Shown: positions 10,551 through 22,600, counted from the stretch's first letter. The stretch is DNA of 64,000 bases from Takakia lepidozioides (GCA_030704615.1 CM060732.1:54250001-54314000); one strand, 5' to 3'. Numbers and translations: made by a program. The notes: generated from the letters alone by a model not told the origin.

Positions 10551-12802
10551 TCATGAGAGCAGTTTCTCTACATTGTCCAACCCCCGCACGATATACTGGG
10601 CACACTGCATTCGCTGCCCAAGTGCAAACTTGAAAGTAAACCAGTCCTTCGTGAAAGGTGTTCCTCTCTCTGGCTTTGCAGTCTTGGAGACATTTGCTTT
10701 GACTTTTACCCACTCATAAAATACTTGAATGAATGACATGACGTAAAAGCCACACTCCCAGCTGAATGGTTGCTGGGGCACATCAAGCGCGTGGAACTGA
10801 AATGCTTGGACAATCTCATGCCACTCTAGTGAGTCCATCGAGTACCCTAAGCACTGCGCATGAAGCTTCCGAATCCACCCTAGAACAAAGGGACATTTAT
10901 GCAAGTCCCTGATAGAGTTCAGGTGAATGTAACAGCCCTTGCGGAGGTCGATGATACAAACACTCCAGTGCCCCCTGCAATGGTATCAAACAACATGGCG
11001 TCATTGCACAATCATGATGGGCAGACTCAGCAGACTGACACTCAGCAGACCGACCACTCAGCAAACTCAGCACTCAGCAGACTCAATCTTCAAACCCAGT
11101 CCACTGCACAAATACAGAGGTCAACTTAATCGCTCAGAGTCAAGACGACACTACGAAACCAGACTATGACTCAGGAGACAGTCTCTGCAGACTCAGAAGA
11201 GTTCTTACTCGTCCCCAATCGGCACCAAAATGAAATCGTACTCTTTCAAGTCCTTGCCCAGTCGTTCAGTGCTGAGGCAACCTTTCAAGACCTCCAGAAG
11301 GCTTTCATGTTGCCCCACCCCCAATGACTTCAACACCGTCCACGTCGACGTTGGAAGAACAGCAATAGTGTTGATGAACGCAGCCTCAACCGACTTCTCA
11401 TAGAATCGACACCACAGCTCCAGGAGTCTATCTGTGCACTCCGACTCAACCTTCTGGACCGCCTTTATGTCATCCGGCGACAGTCCGCATTCAAACCGTG
11501 GGTCCCCTTCAAAAAACATCAGTATGGAATTACCTGCTTTCACGTGCAGAGCATGTGCTTTGCCAAACCGAGCACTCATCCTGCACAGAGCAGACCATCC
11601 TTCGGGAAGCCTCATGTACTGAACAGACTGACGTCAACATGGTACCAAACACTCTACAGGCTGAACAATTCATCAGACTGGCAAGACTAACCACAACAGA
11701 CAATGATGAAACCAGCAGCAGACTGACCAGCGTGCAGACTGACCACAACAGAGCGCAAAGCACTTAACGACAAAGACAGACGAGGAGACTGAGCACAGTA
11801 CTCACCTGTGCTGCTCCAGGAAACGACCCACATCTTTGTCCATGTCCAAGGCCAGCTTGTGGTTCTTGTTCATAAAGACGCCAGACTTTTTCTTCGCCGG
11901 TCTCTTGGTACTCGGACCCTCCTCGACCTCCTCAGCATGGTCCACGACAGTCCGCTTCTTGGCTTTGCCTCTCCCCTGGGAAGCAGGGACAGCTGTAGGC
12001 AGGCTGGATAGAGCAGACAAACGCAGCGTTGCCGCCCTACTTCGCAATAGAGGCTGGTCAGCAGGTTTGTTTACACTTGCTGGACCTGTCTTTGCAGCTT
12101 CGTGGGTCGCATGCGTAGAACTGACCACGCATCGAGGGGCGTGCTCACCCCCACACCTTTCTTGGCTGTCGATCCCACGTTTGCAGCATGGGCGGAAAAT
12201 GTCATGTCCTCAGAAGTAGACAGTCTGCTGACGGAGGGACGAACATCCTGTGAGGATACCGAGCAAAATGTCGAATTAGTCCAATTTCACAATGTGCTAA
12301 AACATAAACAACAGTGCTGAAAGAGGAAATGGCAGAACCTGCCCAAGGGGTGAGGGAGCAGACTCCATGTAATCCAGCGCTATACCAGACGGTGTCTGCG
12401 CCGCATGTGGTTCCTTGTCAGTGTGTCTGCCAGCATGTTCAGTCTGTTGCTCAATGTGGGCAGTTTGCTCGGCCGCCACCGGTAAAGCATTCTTATCCAG
12501 CTCCCCGTGGCCTGCCTTCTATGACCTTCCAGGTTAGTTCGGTTTTTGTGCGCTCAGTGGCGAAAGCCATAGATGAGTCCTACGTGATGACCGAACTCAA
12601 TCTGGGAACGCAAAACCGTATCATAGATCTTACAGAAGAGTCTGAGGAAGCAATTGCCGGTGGGTCTTCCATACATGTTCTTGATGTTTTCCAAGTCCAT
12701 GGAGATCTGAACACCCAGCCGGCTGTCCACCAGACTGACCAGCACATTTATAAGCGGGCTTTCCGTGATCAGTATATCATCGGGTTTTGCTTCCACGTCC
12801 AT
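10551..12802 (-). CDS. Ulp1-like (C48) SUMO protease carried by the MULE, spliced; 5' end uncertain
   Basis: Splicing ga|gtaag (~11208) to cag|ggg (~10974) gives YDFILVPIGDEGHWSVCIIDLRKGCYIHLNSI...DVPQQPFSWECGFYVMSFI, i.e. His...(Asn in place of Asp)...Gln/Cys Ulp1 motifs. A basic NLS-like exon lies at 11802-12128. Confidence 0.75.
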
Positions 12803-12946
12803 GCCCTATACAGTACAAAGGACACGCTTCTGAACATGCAAGAAACGCGCCGCAATACAAATACACGATCGACAACGTGCCAGGAGAACAGTGCGCACGT
12901 TCGCGGCTGCTGGCAAGTGGCAGGCGGCAGGGATGCAGGTTTGAAT

Positions 12947-13286
12947 TGCAGCCCTAAAAATGGAGGGCTCGGATGGGTTATGGGAATGGACGGTGGCGAT
13001 CCTGCGCTGTCATCGGACTGGATGGCAGGGGACTGGCCAGCGGACTGGCGGGCAGACTGGCCAGCAGCGGACTGGCGGACTGGAGGGCAGCGGACTCATG
13101 GGCGGGGGACTGGCCGCGCGACGGACGGGGGCGCGGGCGCGGTTGCTGCAGCCGCGCCCGCGGCTGGGCGACCGCGCGCAGCGGCGGGCGGGGCGGGCGG
13201 GGTGCAGGGAGCCGGGCGTCCGTGCGCGGGGCCCACCGGCCACATCGCGTGCCCATTGAAGACCCTATTATCTTAAAATGAGAGGC
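12947..13286 (-). repeat. Right TIR of the MULE
   Basis: Inverted copy of 4275-4570 with an extra GC-rich stretch. Confidence 0.93.
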
Positions 13287-13858
13287 GTCGAAAAGTAAGG
13301 TGGCTTAAACTTTTTCAAGAAAAAGAAAAAAAGATAGTTTAGTCACCAAATCTCTTCACTGTTTCCCACTTTTCATCCATCCTCTAACAGAAGGGAATCC
13401 GTTTACGGCTCCACAAACTAGCACACGATATACATGTATACTATACACTCATGTGAACGTATTGTGTATCTGAACACGTGTAGGAGAGAAGGGACAGGAG
13501 TGGAGCATCGAGAGGAAAGCGAGGGACGGAGGGAGAGACCGGAGATCCTGAATTGTGCATGCGATTTGTATATCTTCGATTTGAGTGAGGGGTTGGAATC
13601 GAGTCTTAAGCTGGAGTGATGATGTAGATTTGTCTTACCATCTTATTTGGACTGATCTGACCTTAGAAAGGAGGAAAGCTAGTAATTCATGTACGTGTTT
13701 GTCTTCGGATGCTGTTTTGTCTTTTAAGAGCTTGTGTGGAAGTGTCTTCGGAACGAGAGAGACGGTGGGAGAGGTGCATCCTTTGATTGTTGATCTCGAC
13801 CTTGTAGTAAGATTGTCCCGCAAGGCTTGAGATGCTGTCGGTATCCTCGTGAACGCAC

Positions 13859-15931
13859 ATGGGTGGCGAATCAAACGGGACACCAGCGCAGCCGGCTCCG
13901 ATGAAGTTCTTTCTCTCGAACCCCAAGCCTTCCGCGGCGCGGCCCCCGCTGGTTCCCAGGGAGAAGGTAAAAGTCAGTGAGGATGCTGTCGAGTATGTGA
14001 CGGCCTTTGATGAGCAGCTTGGCGTTGTTGCAAAGGATTCCAAAGGTACGAGCGGACGTCGAGTTATTCCCAAGCTTGAGAATTCATGGCGGCCTGAGAA
14101 GAGAATGAAAAACATAATGGTCGAAGCAGACATCACTGCGGTGACTGAGGAGAGATTTGAGATGGAGACACTCGCTGCAGGACCTAAACCTAATGTACAG
14201 TATGGGCTCACTGTGAGAGTGCAGGGAGAAGGTTCGGAATTGCTAGAAGGTGACAGGATGGAGGTTGCAAGGCCATTATCTTTTGCTGAGATGGAGGAAC
14301 AGAAGGTGCGCGAAGAGTTGTTGGTTCTTCCAGAGGAGGCTTCCCTGGATGCTTACGAGGATCTGCCTGTTGAAGAGTTTGCAGAGGCGATGTTGCGGGG
14401 TATGGGATGGGAGAAAGGGAAGCCCATTGGTCGCAACGCGAAGAATGTTATTGCTGTCAAGGAGTATGTTCGAAGGCAGGGGAGGGAGGGCCTGGGAGCC
14501 ACACCTGCACCTCCCAAAGAAAACCCTAAGAAGTACATCAAACCTGGTGAAACCAGAGGGAGGAAATCCGATATGGTAGCTCCAGTGGGACGTGACGGAC
14601 GCATCCGGCATGTGATAGGACCTGATGTGAAGCTCGTGGAGAGGGTTAGAAAAGGCGTGTCATTAGGGAAGGTCATGTCTGTTATCTCAGGTCGGCATGC
14701 TGGCCTTAGGGGCGAAGTCTTGTCGACAAGCGATGATGGTCAAGTTGTCATAAGATTTGTAAAGAGTGGAGAGAAAGTGGTTGTCAACATGAAGGAGGTC
14801 GCAGATATTGGTTCTTTTGAGGAAGAGGCTGCCATGAAACAGATGAGGGAGCTTCGAATTGGGAATGGGAAGGTTGGACCACGCGATGAGAGACGCAGTT
14901 CACGCGACCAAGATGCAAGAGAGGATAACAGGGCAGGACAAAAGGAGGGGACAAGGCATCATCGGCGTGGTGACAGTAGGGATGATGGGGAAAGGAGGAG
15001 TTCAAGAGAAGCAGATGACAGAGGAGGAGTTCAAGACAGAAGAGAGGGTAGAAATGATGATGGCGGTGTGCAATCTGATGAGAGGAGGGAGGGGCAGCGC
15101 AGCTGGAGAAGAGAAGAGAGAAGGGAGAGGAAGCGTGAGGAAAGAAGGGAGAAGAGTGGGAGCAAGGAAGAGCACGATGATACTAGGGATGAAATGGATG
15201 TGGATGATGAAGGGGGCAACTCTAGTGAGAAGAAAAGAAGCAAGAGGAGAGATGAGTCAAGGGATGGGAGGAGAGAGGAGAGGCGTGATGGAAGGAGGGA
15301 AGAAGAAAGGAGCAAGAACAAACAAGAAGAAAGGGAGGTTGATGTTGGAAGGGGCAGAGTTACGGTTAGAGAGATTGATGAGAGACAAGATAAAACAAGT
15401 GATAAGAGATTAAGGGACAGAGCAGGACAGAGTGATGGACTGTCCTTGCCTTCGGAGCAGGTATTCAATGAAAAAAGATCCGTGGAAACACGGATTTCCT
15501 ACAAAATAGTGGATCCCAGTTCAGCTGATACAGGAAATAGGAGTAAAGGAAATGAGGATGGGGGAAGGAGTTCTCAGTCGTGGCTGATGAGCCACATACG
15601 TGTGAGAATCATAAGCAAAAGTCTCCATGGAGGAAAGCTGTATCTCAAGAAAGGAAGAGTGATTGATGTGGTAAAACCTAAAGTATGTGATGTGTTGCTC
15701 GATGACACTGGGGAGATGCTGCAGGTTAAGCAGGACCATCTTGAGACAGCTTTGCCAAAGAAGGGGGGACGAGTTGTGGTTGTGGGGGGCGAGTATCGGA
15801 GCCATATTGGCACACTCCTTGAGAGAGATTCCGAGAGAGAGATTGGTATTGTCGAAATGGAAGACAGCTTTGAGATGGTGACCCTTGGTTTGGACCTGCT
15901 GGCAGAACTTGTTGGTGATCCCAGTGATTGA
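13859..15931 (+). CDS. MOS2: MOS2/Spp2/GPKOW-type G-patch and KOW domain spliceosomal protein
   Basis: 690-aa uninterrupted ORF with VIPKLENSWRP, G-patch PVEEFAEAMLRGMGWEKGKPIGRN...GLGA, and KOW/SH3-like C-terminus SWLMSHIRVRIISK...LETALPKKGGRVVVVGG. Confidence 0.93.
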   Translation: MGGESNGTPAQPAPMKFFLSNPKPSAARPPLVPREKVKVSEDAVEYVTAFDEQLGVVAKDSKGTSGRRVIPKLENSWRPEKRMKNIMVEADITAVTEERFEMETLAAGPKPNVQYGLTVRVQGEGSELLEGDRMEVARPLSFAEMEEQKVREELLVLPEEASLDAYEDLPVEEFAEAMLRGMGWEKGKPIGRNAKNVIAVKEYVRRQGREGLGATPAPPKENPKKYIKPGETRGRKSDMVAPVGRDGRIRHVIGPDVKLVERVRKGVSLGKVMSVISGRHAGLRGEVLSTSDDGQVVIRFVKSGEKVVVNMKEVADIGSFEEEAAMKQMRELRIGNGKVGPRDERRSSRDQDAREDNRAGQKEGTRHHRRGDSRDDGERRSSREADDRGGVQDRREGRNDDGGVQSDERREGQRSWRREERRERKREERREKSGSKEEHDDTRDEMDVDDEGGNSSEKKRSKRRDESRDGRREERRDGRREEERSKNKQEEREVDVGRGRVTVREIDERQDKTSDKRLRDRAGQSDGLSLPSEQVFNEKRSVETRISYKIVDPSSADTGNRSKGNEDGGRSSQSWLMSHIRVRIISKSLHGGKLYLKKGRVIDVVKPKVCDVLLDDTGEMLQVKQDHLETALPKKGGRVVVVGGEYRSHIGTLLERDSEREIGIVEMEDSFEMVTLGLDLLAELVGDPSD

Positions 15932-17892
15932 CAGGAGGAAAGTTTTTTATGTGCACGGAAAAGTAGCTAGACTGTTCCTAGTTGGCTCTAAGAAGGTTGC
16001 GCTCTTAGCACCCTTGAATTGGATTGTTTGCCCATAGAGAGAGGTTGGGGCAGTTGTTATAGCCCTGTCTCTGGGTCACACATTTGGAACCCAATCACAT
16101 GTTGTCAATATTTTTTCACCAAGTTGCGAGTTGCTAATTTTGGGATTCAGTAGCTACAGCTGATTGTAGTTTTGCTCCACCTTTGAGGAAGACCAGTGAC
16201 GTCTGGAAAAACCCACACACATCTCCATCACCCCTGAATTGCATCCAAAGGAATGATGTATGAGTGATGGTTTGTTATGTTATGATATTCTGTGCTTTTA
16301 TTGAGAACAGGAGGGAGTTTTTCTTTGACAGCCCTTCTCTTGATCACACATAATGGAACTGCTTTTAGTGTTGTCCTTATTGATTCACCAAGCTGTGAGG
16401 GTTGCAAATTTGGAGTGATTTGTTGTGGCTCTACTTCTCACCGTCACAACGAGAGAAACACACATCAATTACCTTCAGCACCTGTGAATCAGGTTCAAGA
16501 AGCAGGGAAGATGTTCCATTGCTGGTTCTTACTATTTTTTGTTCTACATGCAGTGTCCTCGTTGGATCTCCAAGCTGACTGGTATTTTTGAGATTCAGTA
16601 GCTGGATGTGATGTATTGTTGCTTCATCTTGCACCAAGACCTTCCGCCAAGACCAGAGATCTGGAAGAAACCATCGCCTTCTTCAACACCAGGCAGTAAA
16701 CAAATGGCGTCTCTAATCAGTTCCATCTATAGATGCAAGAGCATATATGAACCATAAAAGTATTCATCTTGTGTGTATATCGATGATGAGGGCATGGATG
16801 AAGGAGAAAGCCCTGCTGCGAGCGCTGCTCCATGAGGGAGGGAGGGAGGGAGGGAGGCTAATCTGTCAAGCTGGGATATGACATGCAGCTGAGACCGTAT
16901 TATATTCCTGGTCACAGTCTCTGTAGGGAATGGAGAAGGTGCGATTGACTCGAAGCAAATTGTTCCGCCATTGGGACGAACTTTTGGTACAACTGAGTCT
17001 TTAGGGAAAGGTTTTGTGTTTGATAACAGGCTCTGGAACGTTGCCTTTGCGTCTGCCCTGGCGCGAAAGAATTGAGTTGAATTTTGTTTGATTGCAGCAA
17101 AGAGCATTCAGAGTTAGTTGCAGAAATGTCAAAGCTACAGTACGACTTCGAGATGATCAAAAGCTGCCAAAGATCTTATGCGCTTTCGTGGTTTCTGGCA
17201 CACAGGCCACGCTTTGAGAGTCCAATGGCTCTTGTTGGAGTTCTTGTCAGATCCTTCACTGTGGTTCGACAAGGTGAGGCTGCCGTTATTCACGTCACGA
17301 ACGAGTTTATCAAGGTTTGACTGAAGACGGCCTGATCCTGTTTTGTGGACCGAACTGCTATGTTAGAAGTTTATATTAATCACGTCTCTTGAGAAGTTGG
17401 TATCAATATGTTGTTATTCCCTTTGCATTGCAAGATTATTGGGACCTTTGCTGGTTGTAGCATGGTTGTCAGTTTTTGTAGAAGGTTTACTGGAAGAAAT
17501 GGCTGTTCAGGTGCAGACCACCAGTTCTTACAGAACAATGAAAATTGAATATCAGGAATTCAAACAAAAAGAGGCCCGATGGATTGAGGGTCATCAAACG
17601 GCCCTTGGGTGAAAGCAAAGAGATTTCTGCCGGTAGTATCTGCCAAAAGGCAAGGTCGCCCACCATTTAGTGTAGTTGTGATACGTAGTAGCACAGGCCG
17701 GAAACACAACAGGTATCCTTAGGTGGATGAAAGGTTTCCCACTTTGCTAGTTTGAGATTAGGGTAAGTAAACTGTCACATTGGTGTTGTAATCCTGTCCT
17801 TGTCCTTGTGCGGGGATCTTTCTTAGAAGAAACCAGGAGCTTTGAGATACTTTGAACCAAAACTTGTAACCAGGAGATTTGAGTTATGCAGG

Positions 17893-19635
17893 ATGGCAGG
17901 CTTGCGTCAGGGACGCCTGCTTGTTGCACATCAGGCTGGCTGCCTGGGTAGCACCTTCGCCATCTCTACCATTTTAAAAATAAGGTTAAGACAGGGACTC
18001 AACAATATTACAGCTGGCACCCTGGGGGATGTGAGGACACTGTGCAAGCAGGGAAGACTGAAAGAGGCAGTGGACATCTTGGACCAACAAGGCATCTGGG
18101 CAGACTCCAATACTTATGTCTCTCTCTTGCGGGAGTGTATCAACATGAAAGCCCTGGCAGAGGGAAAGCAGTTGCATGCCCATCTTATTCGGAGGGATTA
18201 CAAGCCAAATATCTTTGTAGTCAGTGCGCTTGTTAACATGTATGCCAAGTGCGGGAGCATCGTGGATGCACAACAAGTGTTTGACGAAATGCCTCAACGA
18301 AACGTATTCACTTGGACTATGCTGATGGCAGGATATGCCAAGCATGGGTGTGCAGAGGAGGCTTTCAGAATTTACGAGCAAATGCAAAAGGAAAGGGTGA
18401 TGCCCAACAGGGTGACATTTATCTGCATCCTAAATGCATGTGCCAGCCTTCGAGCCCTGGGGAGGACCAAGCAGGTCCATGCTGACATCATGAATGCTGG
18501 AATTGGGTCATATGTTAATTTGGAGAATGCCATCATGGACACATATGCCAAATGTGGGAGCATAAAGGAGGCGCGCCAAGTGTTTGACAAAATGTCCGAA
18601 CGAGATGTTGTCTCATGGAGTGTGATGATTGCTGGATACACTCAGTTTGGACATGGTGAAGAGGCTCTCAATATATATAAGCTAATGCAACGAGAGGGGA
18701 CGATGCCCAACAGGGTCACGTTCATTTGTGCTCTCAATGCTTGTGCCTGTCTAGTAAACCTTGAAAAGGGCAAGCTGATTCATGCTGACATCATCAAAGC
18801 TGGAACTGGACCATACATTAATCTGGAGAATGCCCTTGTTGACATGTATGCGAAGTGTGGTAGTGTAAAGGATGCCCGCCAAGTGTTCGACAATATGGCT
18901 AAACATGATGTGGTGTCGTGGACTGCTATGATCACAGGTTATACTCAGATTGGGGACTGCAAAGAGGCTCTTGAAATCTATGAGCAAATGCTCTGGGAAG
19001 GGGTGACACCCGACAGGGTCACGTTGATTTGCGTCCTGAATGCATGTGCCAATGTTGGAGCCCTGGACAAGGGCAGGTGGCTCCATGGGCATATCATCAA
19101 AGCTGGTATTTCGCCACATACGAAGTTGGAGAATAGCCTTGTTGGAATGTATGCCAAGTGCGGGAGTGTCAATGATGCGCGTCAAGTGTTTGACAGAATG
19201 GCTAAACGAGATGTGGTCTCGTGGAATGCTATGATTGCAGGATATGCCCAGCATGGGTGCAGTAGAGAGGCCCTCCAATTATTTGAACAAATGCAACAGG
19301 AAGGCTTGAAGCCGGATGGTATTACCTTCACTTCTGTTATCTCTGCATGTAGCCACGGTGGCCTGGTGGATGACGGCTGTCGCCATTTTGATTGCTTGAG
19401 TCGAGTTCATGGCCTTACACCTACATTGGAGCATTTTGGGTGCATGGTGGACCTTCTTGGCCGCGCAGGGCGGTTGCATGAGGCAGAGGACTTTATTAAC
19501 AACACTTCAATTCAACCAAGTGTTTCTGCGTGGGCAGCCTTGCTAGGTGCCTGCAGAACACATGGCAATGTTGAGGTAGCAGAGCGTGTTGCAAATCACA
19601 TTCTTAAGAGGGATTCAGATCTCTGTAAAGATTAG
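17893..19635 (+). CDS. PLS-class pentatricopeptide repeat protein, E region truncated, no DYW seen
   Basis: Repeated P-L-S triplets (NALVDMYAKCGS...ARQVFD; DVVSW..MI.GY; P.RVTFIC.LNACA), then SACSHGGLVDDG, HFGCMVDLLGRAG and WAALLGACRTHGN. First ATG at 17893. Confidence 0.93.
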   Translation: MAGLRQGRLLVAHQAGCLGSTFAISTILKIRLRQGLNNITAGTLGDVRTLCKQGRLKEAVDILDQQGIWADSNTYVSLLRECINMKALAEGKQLHAHLIRRDYKPNIFVVSALVNMYAKCGSIVDAQQVFDEMPQRNVFTWTMLMAGYAKHGCAEEAFRIYEQMQKERVMPNRVTFICILNACASLRALGRTKQVHADIMNAGIGSYVNLENAIMDTYAKCGSIKEARQVFDKMSERDVVSWSVMIAGYTQFGHGEEALNIYKLMQREGTMPNRVTFICALNACACLVNLEKGKLIHADIIKAGTGPYINLENALVDMYAKCGSVKDARQVFDNMAKHDVVSWTAMITGYTQIGDCKEALEIYEQMLWEGVTPDRVTLICVLNACANVGALDKGRWLHGHIIKAGISPHTKLENSLVGMYAKCGSVNDARQVFDRMAKRDVVSWNAMIAGYAQHGCSREALQLFEQMQQEGLKPDGITFTSVISACSHGGLVDDGCRHFDCLSRVHGLTPTLEHFGCMVDLLGRAGRLHEAEDFINNTSIQPSVSAWAALLGACRTHGNVEVAERVANHILKRDSDLCKD

Positions 19636-22600
19636 GTGATCCTATCAAGTATGTCCTGTGCAGCTGGCAGGTGGGATGATAGTGGAAACGTGACTGATTC
19701 AAAATGGGTTGAAGGAAACCATTTGTCTATTCAAGTACCCTTGTCAACATGAAGTACGTCACATGTGGGAGTCCGGGGCTGCTGAGTAGGCTTGGAAACT
19801 GTGGAAGCAATGGTAGGCGAAAGGACAGGGGCCAACTTGTGTTCCCAGAAGTCATCAAGGATTGGGGCATGACTCCTTGGTGCTGGCTATTCTAACAGGT
19901 GAGCTCTTCTCATATCGAGTAATTGGGTATTTAAAGAAGGGAGGGATGCCTTTGTCATAGTAGTAGATATGGTTGCTGGAGCTGACCAGATGCATCTTGG
20001 AGTCTGTGGAAACTCCAAAACTAGAGACAGATTCAGTTTTCTTCAACTCCAGCTTTGGTGACAAGGGTGATTGTGACAAAATTTTGGTTGTCATGCTCTG
20101 CGGATGACTGTTCATAATCTCTGGTGGGTCATGCAGCTTGGGTCAATTGGCTAGCTTGACGCATTCTCAATGGTTGAGGACATTTGCAAAGTGTAGTCCA
20201 GAGGTTTCCATTAATACATTCCCGGGAGTCTATGCACTCTCGGATCTTGCTACTATTGGGTGTGGATTGAATTATAGCTTCTTTGTGTAGCTTTGTCATG
20301 TGTGGTGGCCTCAATTTTAACGGTTGAGAAACAGTCCTCAATGGACCTGAAAATTCGCTTGAAATTGTACAGGACTGAGGGGCCAATTAAGTGTACAACC
20401 CAAGGATGTTTGAGTTCGGTTCAGTTCCTCTCTCATTCTTGGGTTTCAAAATTGCGCTCTTGACATCAGCTCAACAGAAGCAGGTAGTATCTCTCTTCGT
20501 ACTTGGCTTTGGGATCTGTTATTCCAAGAATCTTTATGAGCACCTTTGGTGGTTACCTTAAGCTTGCGCATGGCAGTACATAGATGCCTCAAAATGATCT
20601 TCTGCTGTGGCTGCAGGCTTTGTGGCACTGGCTGCATTTGTGATGAGAGTATGGAATCCTGTGAAAGTGGCCATCTTTCTAGGGTCCAGAAAAGTCCCCA
20701 TTAATATATCTTTATGTTGGTTGAAAGTATTCATTTACAGTTCGTATTGCAACCAAAGCAGTAACCCTCTCAGAAAAGAAATGTAGGTGGGGGAAAGCAG
20801 TGTTTTCTGATGGAGTGGAGCTGTGTCCTGTAATTACCTAAACCTAGATTGATAGAAGATGGAAGTGCAGATTTGTGGGTTGAAAGTAGGAAAGTCTTCA
20901 GCAGAATCAGGCTTCAAAGTGTGGACCTGATTTTGGTAACTGGTTACCATAAAAATAAAACAATGATTGACACTCTAAATTTGGTGGCATGTACTACAGG
21001 ATACAACTAGGAGATGGACCAGTGTGCCCCATATGTCAGTGCAGAGTAAGCAGAGTATATGACTCGTGAAGCCCCCAGGATCTCTCTCCATTTGGCATGA
21101 AAAGGCAATATATATTACATGCTGTTCACAGTCTCCTGTAGACTTGCCTCAAGCACTTGAGAGCTTCTTTGACATACTGGTGATGAAAAACTTTTGAGCA
21201 CACATTTGCAGTTTTAAGATGATGTTCATTGAATCTGGTGGTTCACTGCGTTTGGTCCAACTACTTACCTGCTTGAACGGTCACTATCTCAGAAGCTCTC
21301 TGGTAGGCTGGCTACTCACATCGACATAAATATCCACCACAAAGATTGTCTGCCCCAGTTACAATGACCATCCACACTCCTGGTGCCACACTAACTACTT
21401 ACACATCTGAGTCACACAACTCTACACAACACTACTGGGAATAAAAATGAAAAGCTCTGTTGTGCAGCTCCTTTTGAATCCTACCATAGAAAGAACAATC
21501 TGTAGAAGCTCGTGACCCATACGCTTGCAAACTTAGAAAGACCATATAGGGGCTTAAGCAGTCTCAGACTTCCTCAAGAAAAGTGGTGTCACGAGGTGCA
21601 AGTCAGACCAAAGCATCTATTGGCTGACAAAAGATTGAGACATGACAGTGTTCCATTTTCCGCGTACATTTACCTCCCTGGAGGTAATGTTCAGAATTGT
21701 CTAATTTTCTTGCCTGGAAACGGTACTGTTCACGGATGACGTTGATGTTGAGCTGTTGCAATGTCGCCATGAAAAGCGGCTCCTCAGTCTCTTGCGGGAC
21801 CGAGGTAGGCATTTGAGGGGATGTTGGAGCGAAGGCTCAATCCTTCCCTTCTTTTATCTTTCTCTCAGACTCATCAGACTCCCTCCCTCCTCATTCATGA
21901 TTCGCTTAAACTGTAGCTTGCCTACAGTTTGGCCAGCGGCTCAAGTGCCGATATGAAACATAGGGAACGATCAACGAGCTGTACACCCCTCCCTTCGTCC
22001 TTCAAGCTAAACAGCGGCGCTCATTTTTCTCTCCTTGAAATAAAATCTGAGCTTGAAAAGGAGCATGAGATCACGTACGAGTATTGATGCATGCAGTCGC
22101 AATGTAGCTGTCTCCAACTCCCTCGGTGAAATCTAGACATTATGGGTACAGACCGTTGAACATTGCGAGCTCAAGTGGGTCTGTGGAGCCCTCGTGCATA
22201 CATCTGACCTCTTCCTCTATAGGCGCTTGCTTCACATGCACAGTCATGGATCCATGACTCTGGTGCACACCGTGCACCAGGTGAAGTCCGCCGCTTGTTC
22301 AACTTTCCATATTACCGTTTCTAGTTTGAGGGTACAGCGCATAATTTTGCATGGTGTATTACGCATTGACACGGTAGAGCCTATTCGTCGCTTGGCAGCG
22401 AGGCCTGGTGGATAAATAAAGGTCCGGTGGGTAGTAACTAGTAACCAATATAATCTTTCTTACTTTTTTCTTTCTTTCTTTTCCTATTTTTGAGTGAGGG
22501 TGGCAGCCTATATAGTACCGTCTCTCTCAGAAGCAGGCTTCTGAAAGTTTGCTACGGCCTAGCAGAGTAAGCAGCAGTTTCTTGAAAAGCGAGAGAGGAG

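Larger units (their letters stand above)
4275..13286. mobile_element. Mutator-like element (MULE), ~9.0 kb, probably non-autonomous, carrying an Ulp1-like protease gene
   Basis: Termini GCCTCTCATTTTAAGATAATAGGGTCTTCAATGGGCACG / CGTGCCCATTGAAGACCCTATTATCTTAAAATGAGAGGC, ~300-bp TIRs, and a perfect 9-bp TSD GTCGAAAAG at 4266-4274 and 13287-13295. Contains a SWIM-finger transposase C-terminus. Confidence 0.95.
3762..13389 (-). mobile_element. 5' LTR of the Ty3/gypsy element (~600 bp: 13389-13296 plus 4274-3762), split by the MULE insertion
   Basis: Minus strand begins TGTTAGAGG at 13389 and ends ...GGAATCA at 3762 next to the PBS. TATA-like CTATTTAA near 3990. Sequence is continuous across the MULE TSD. 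The outer boundary is inferred because the 3' LTR is outside the window. Confidence 0.6.

Noticed and set aside
12314-13276. 320-aa plus-strand ORF
   Set aside because: It runs antisense to the Ulp1 gene's 5' part and through the GC-rich TIR; its mirror appears at 4280-4720. Open by composition.
14859-15468. Overlapping ORFs inside MOS2
   Set aside because: Artefacts of the purine-rich R/E/D low-complexity region.
16920-17612. Exon-like pieces (MEKVRLTRSKL..., SKEHSELVAEMSKL...) with faint Plus3-domain resemblance
   Set aside because: Interrupted by stops; no consistent gene model; similarity too short.
19855-21830. Possible minus-strand spliced gene relic
   Set aside because: Splice-like signals exist, but the joins contain stops and no domain is recognisable.
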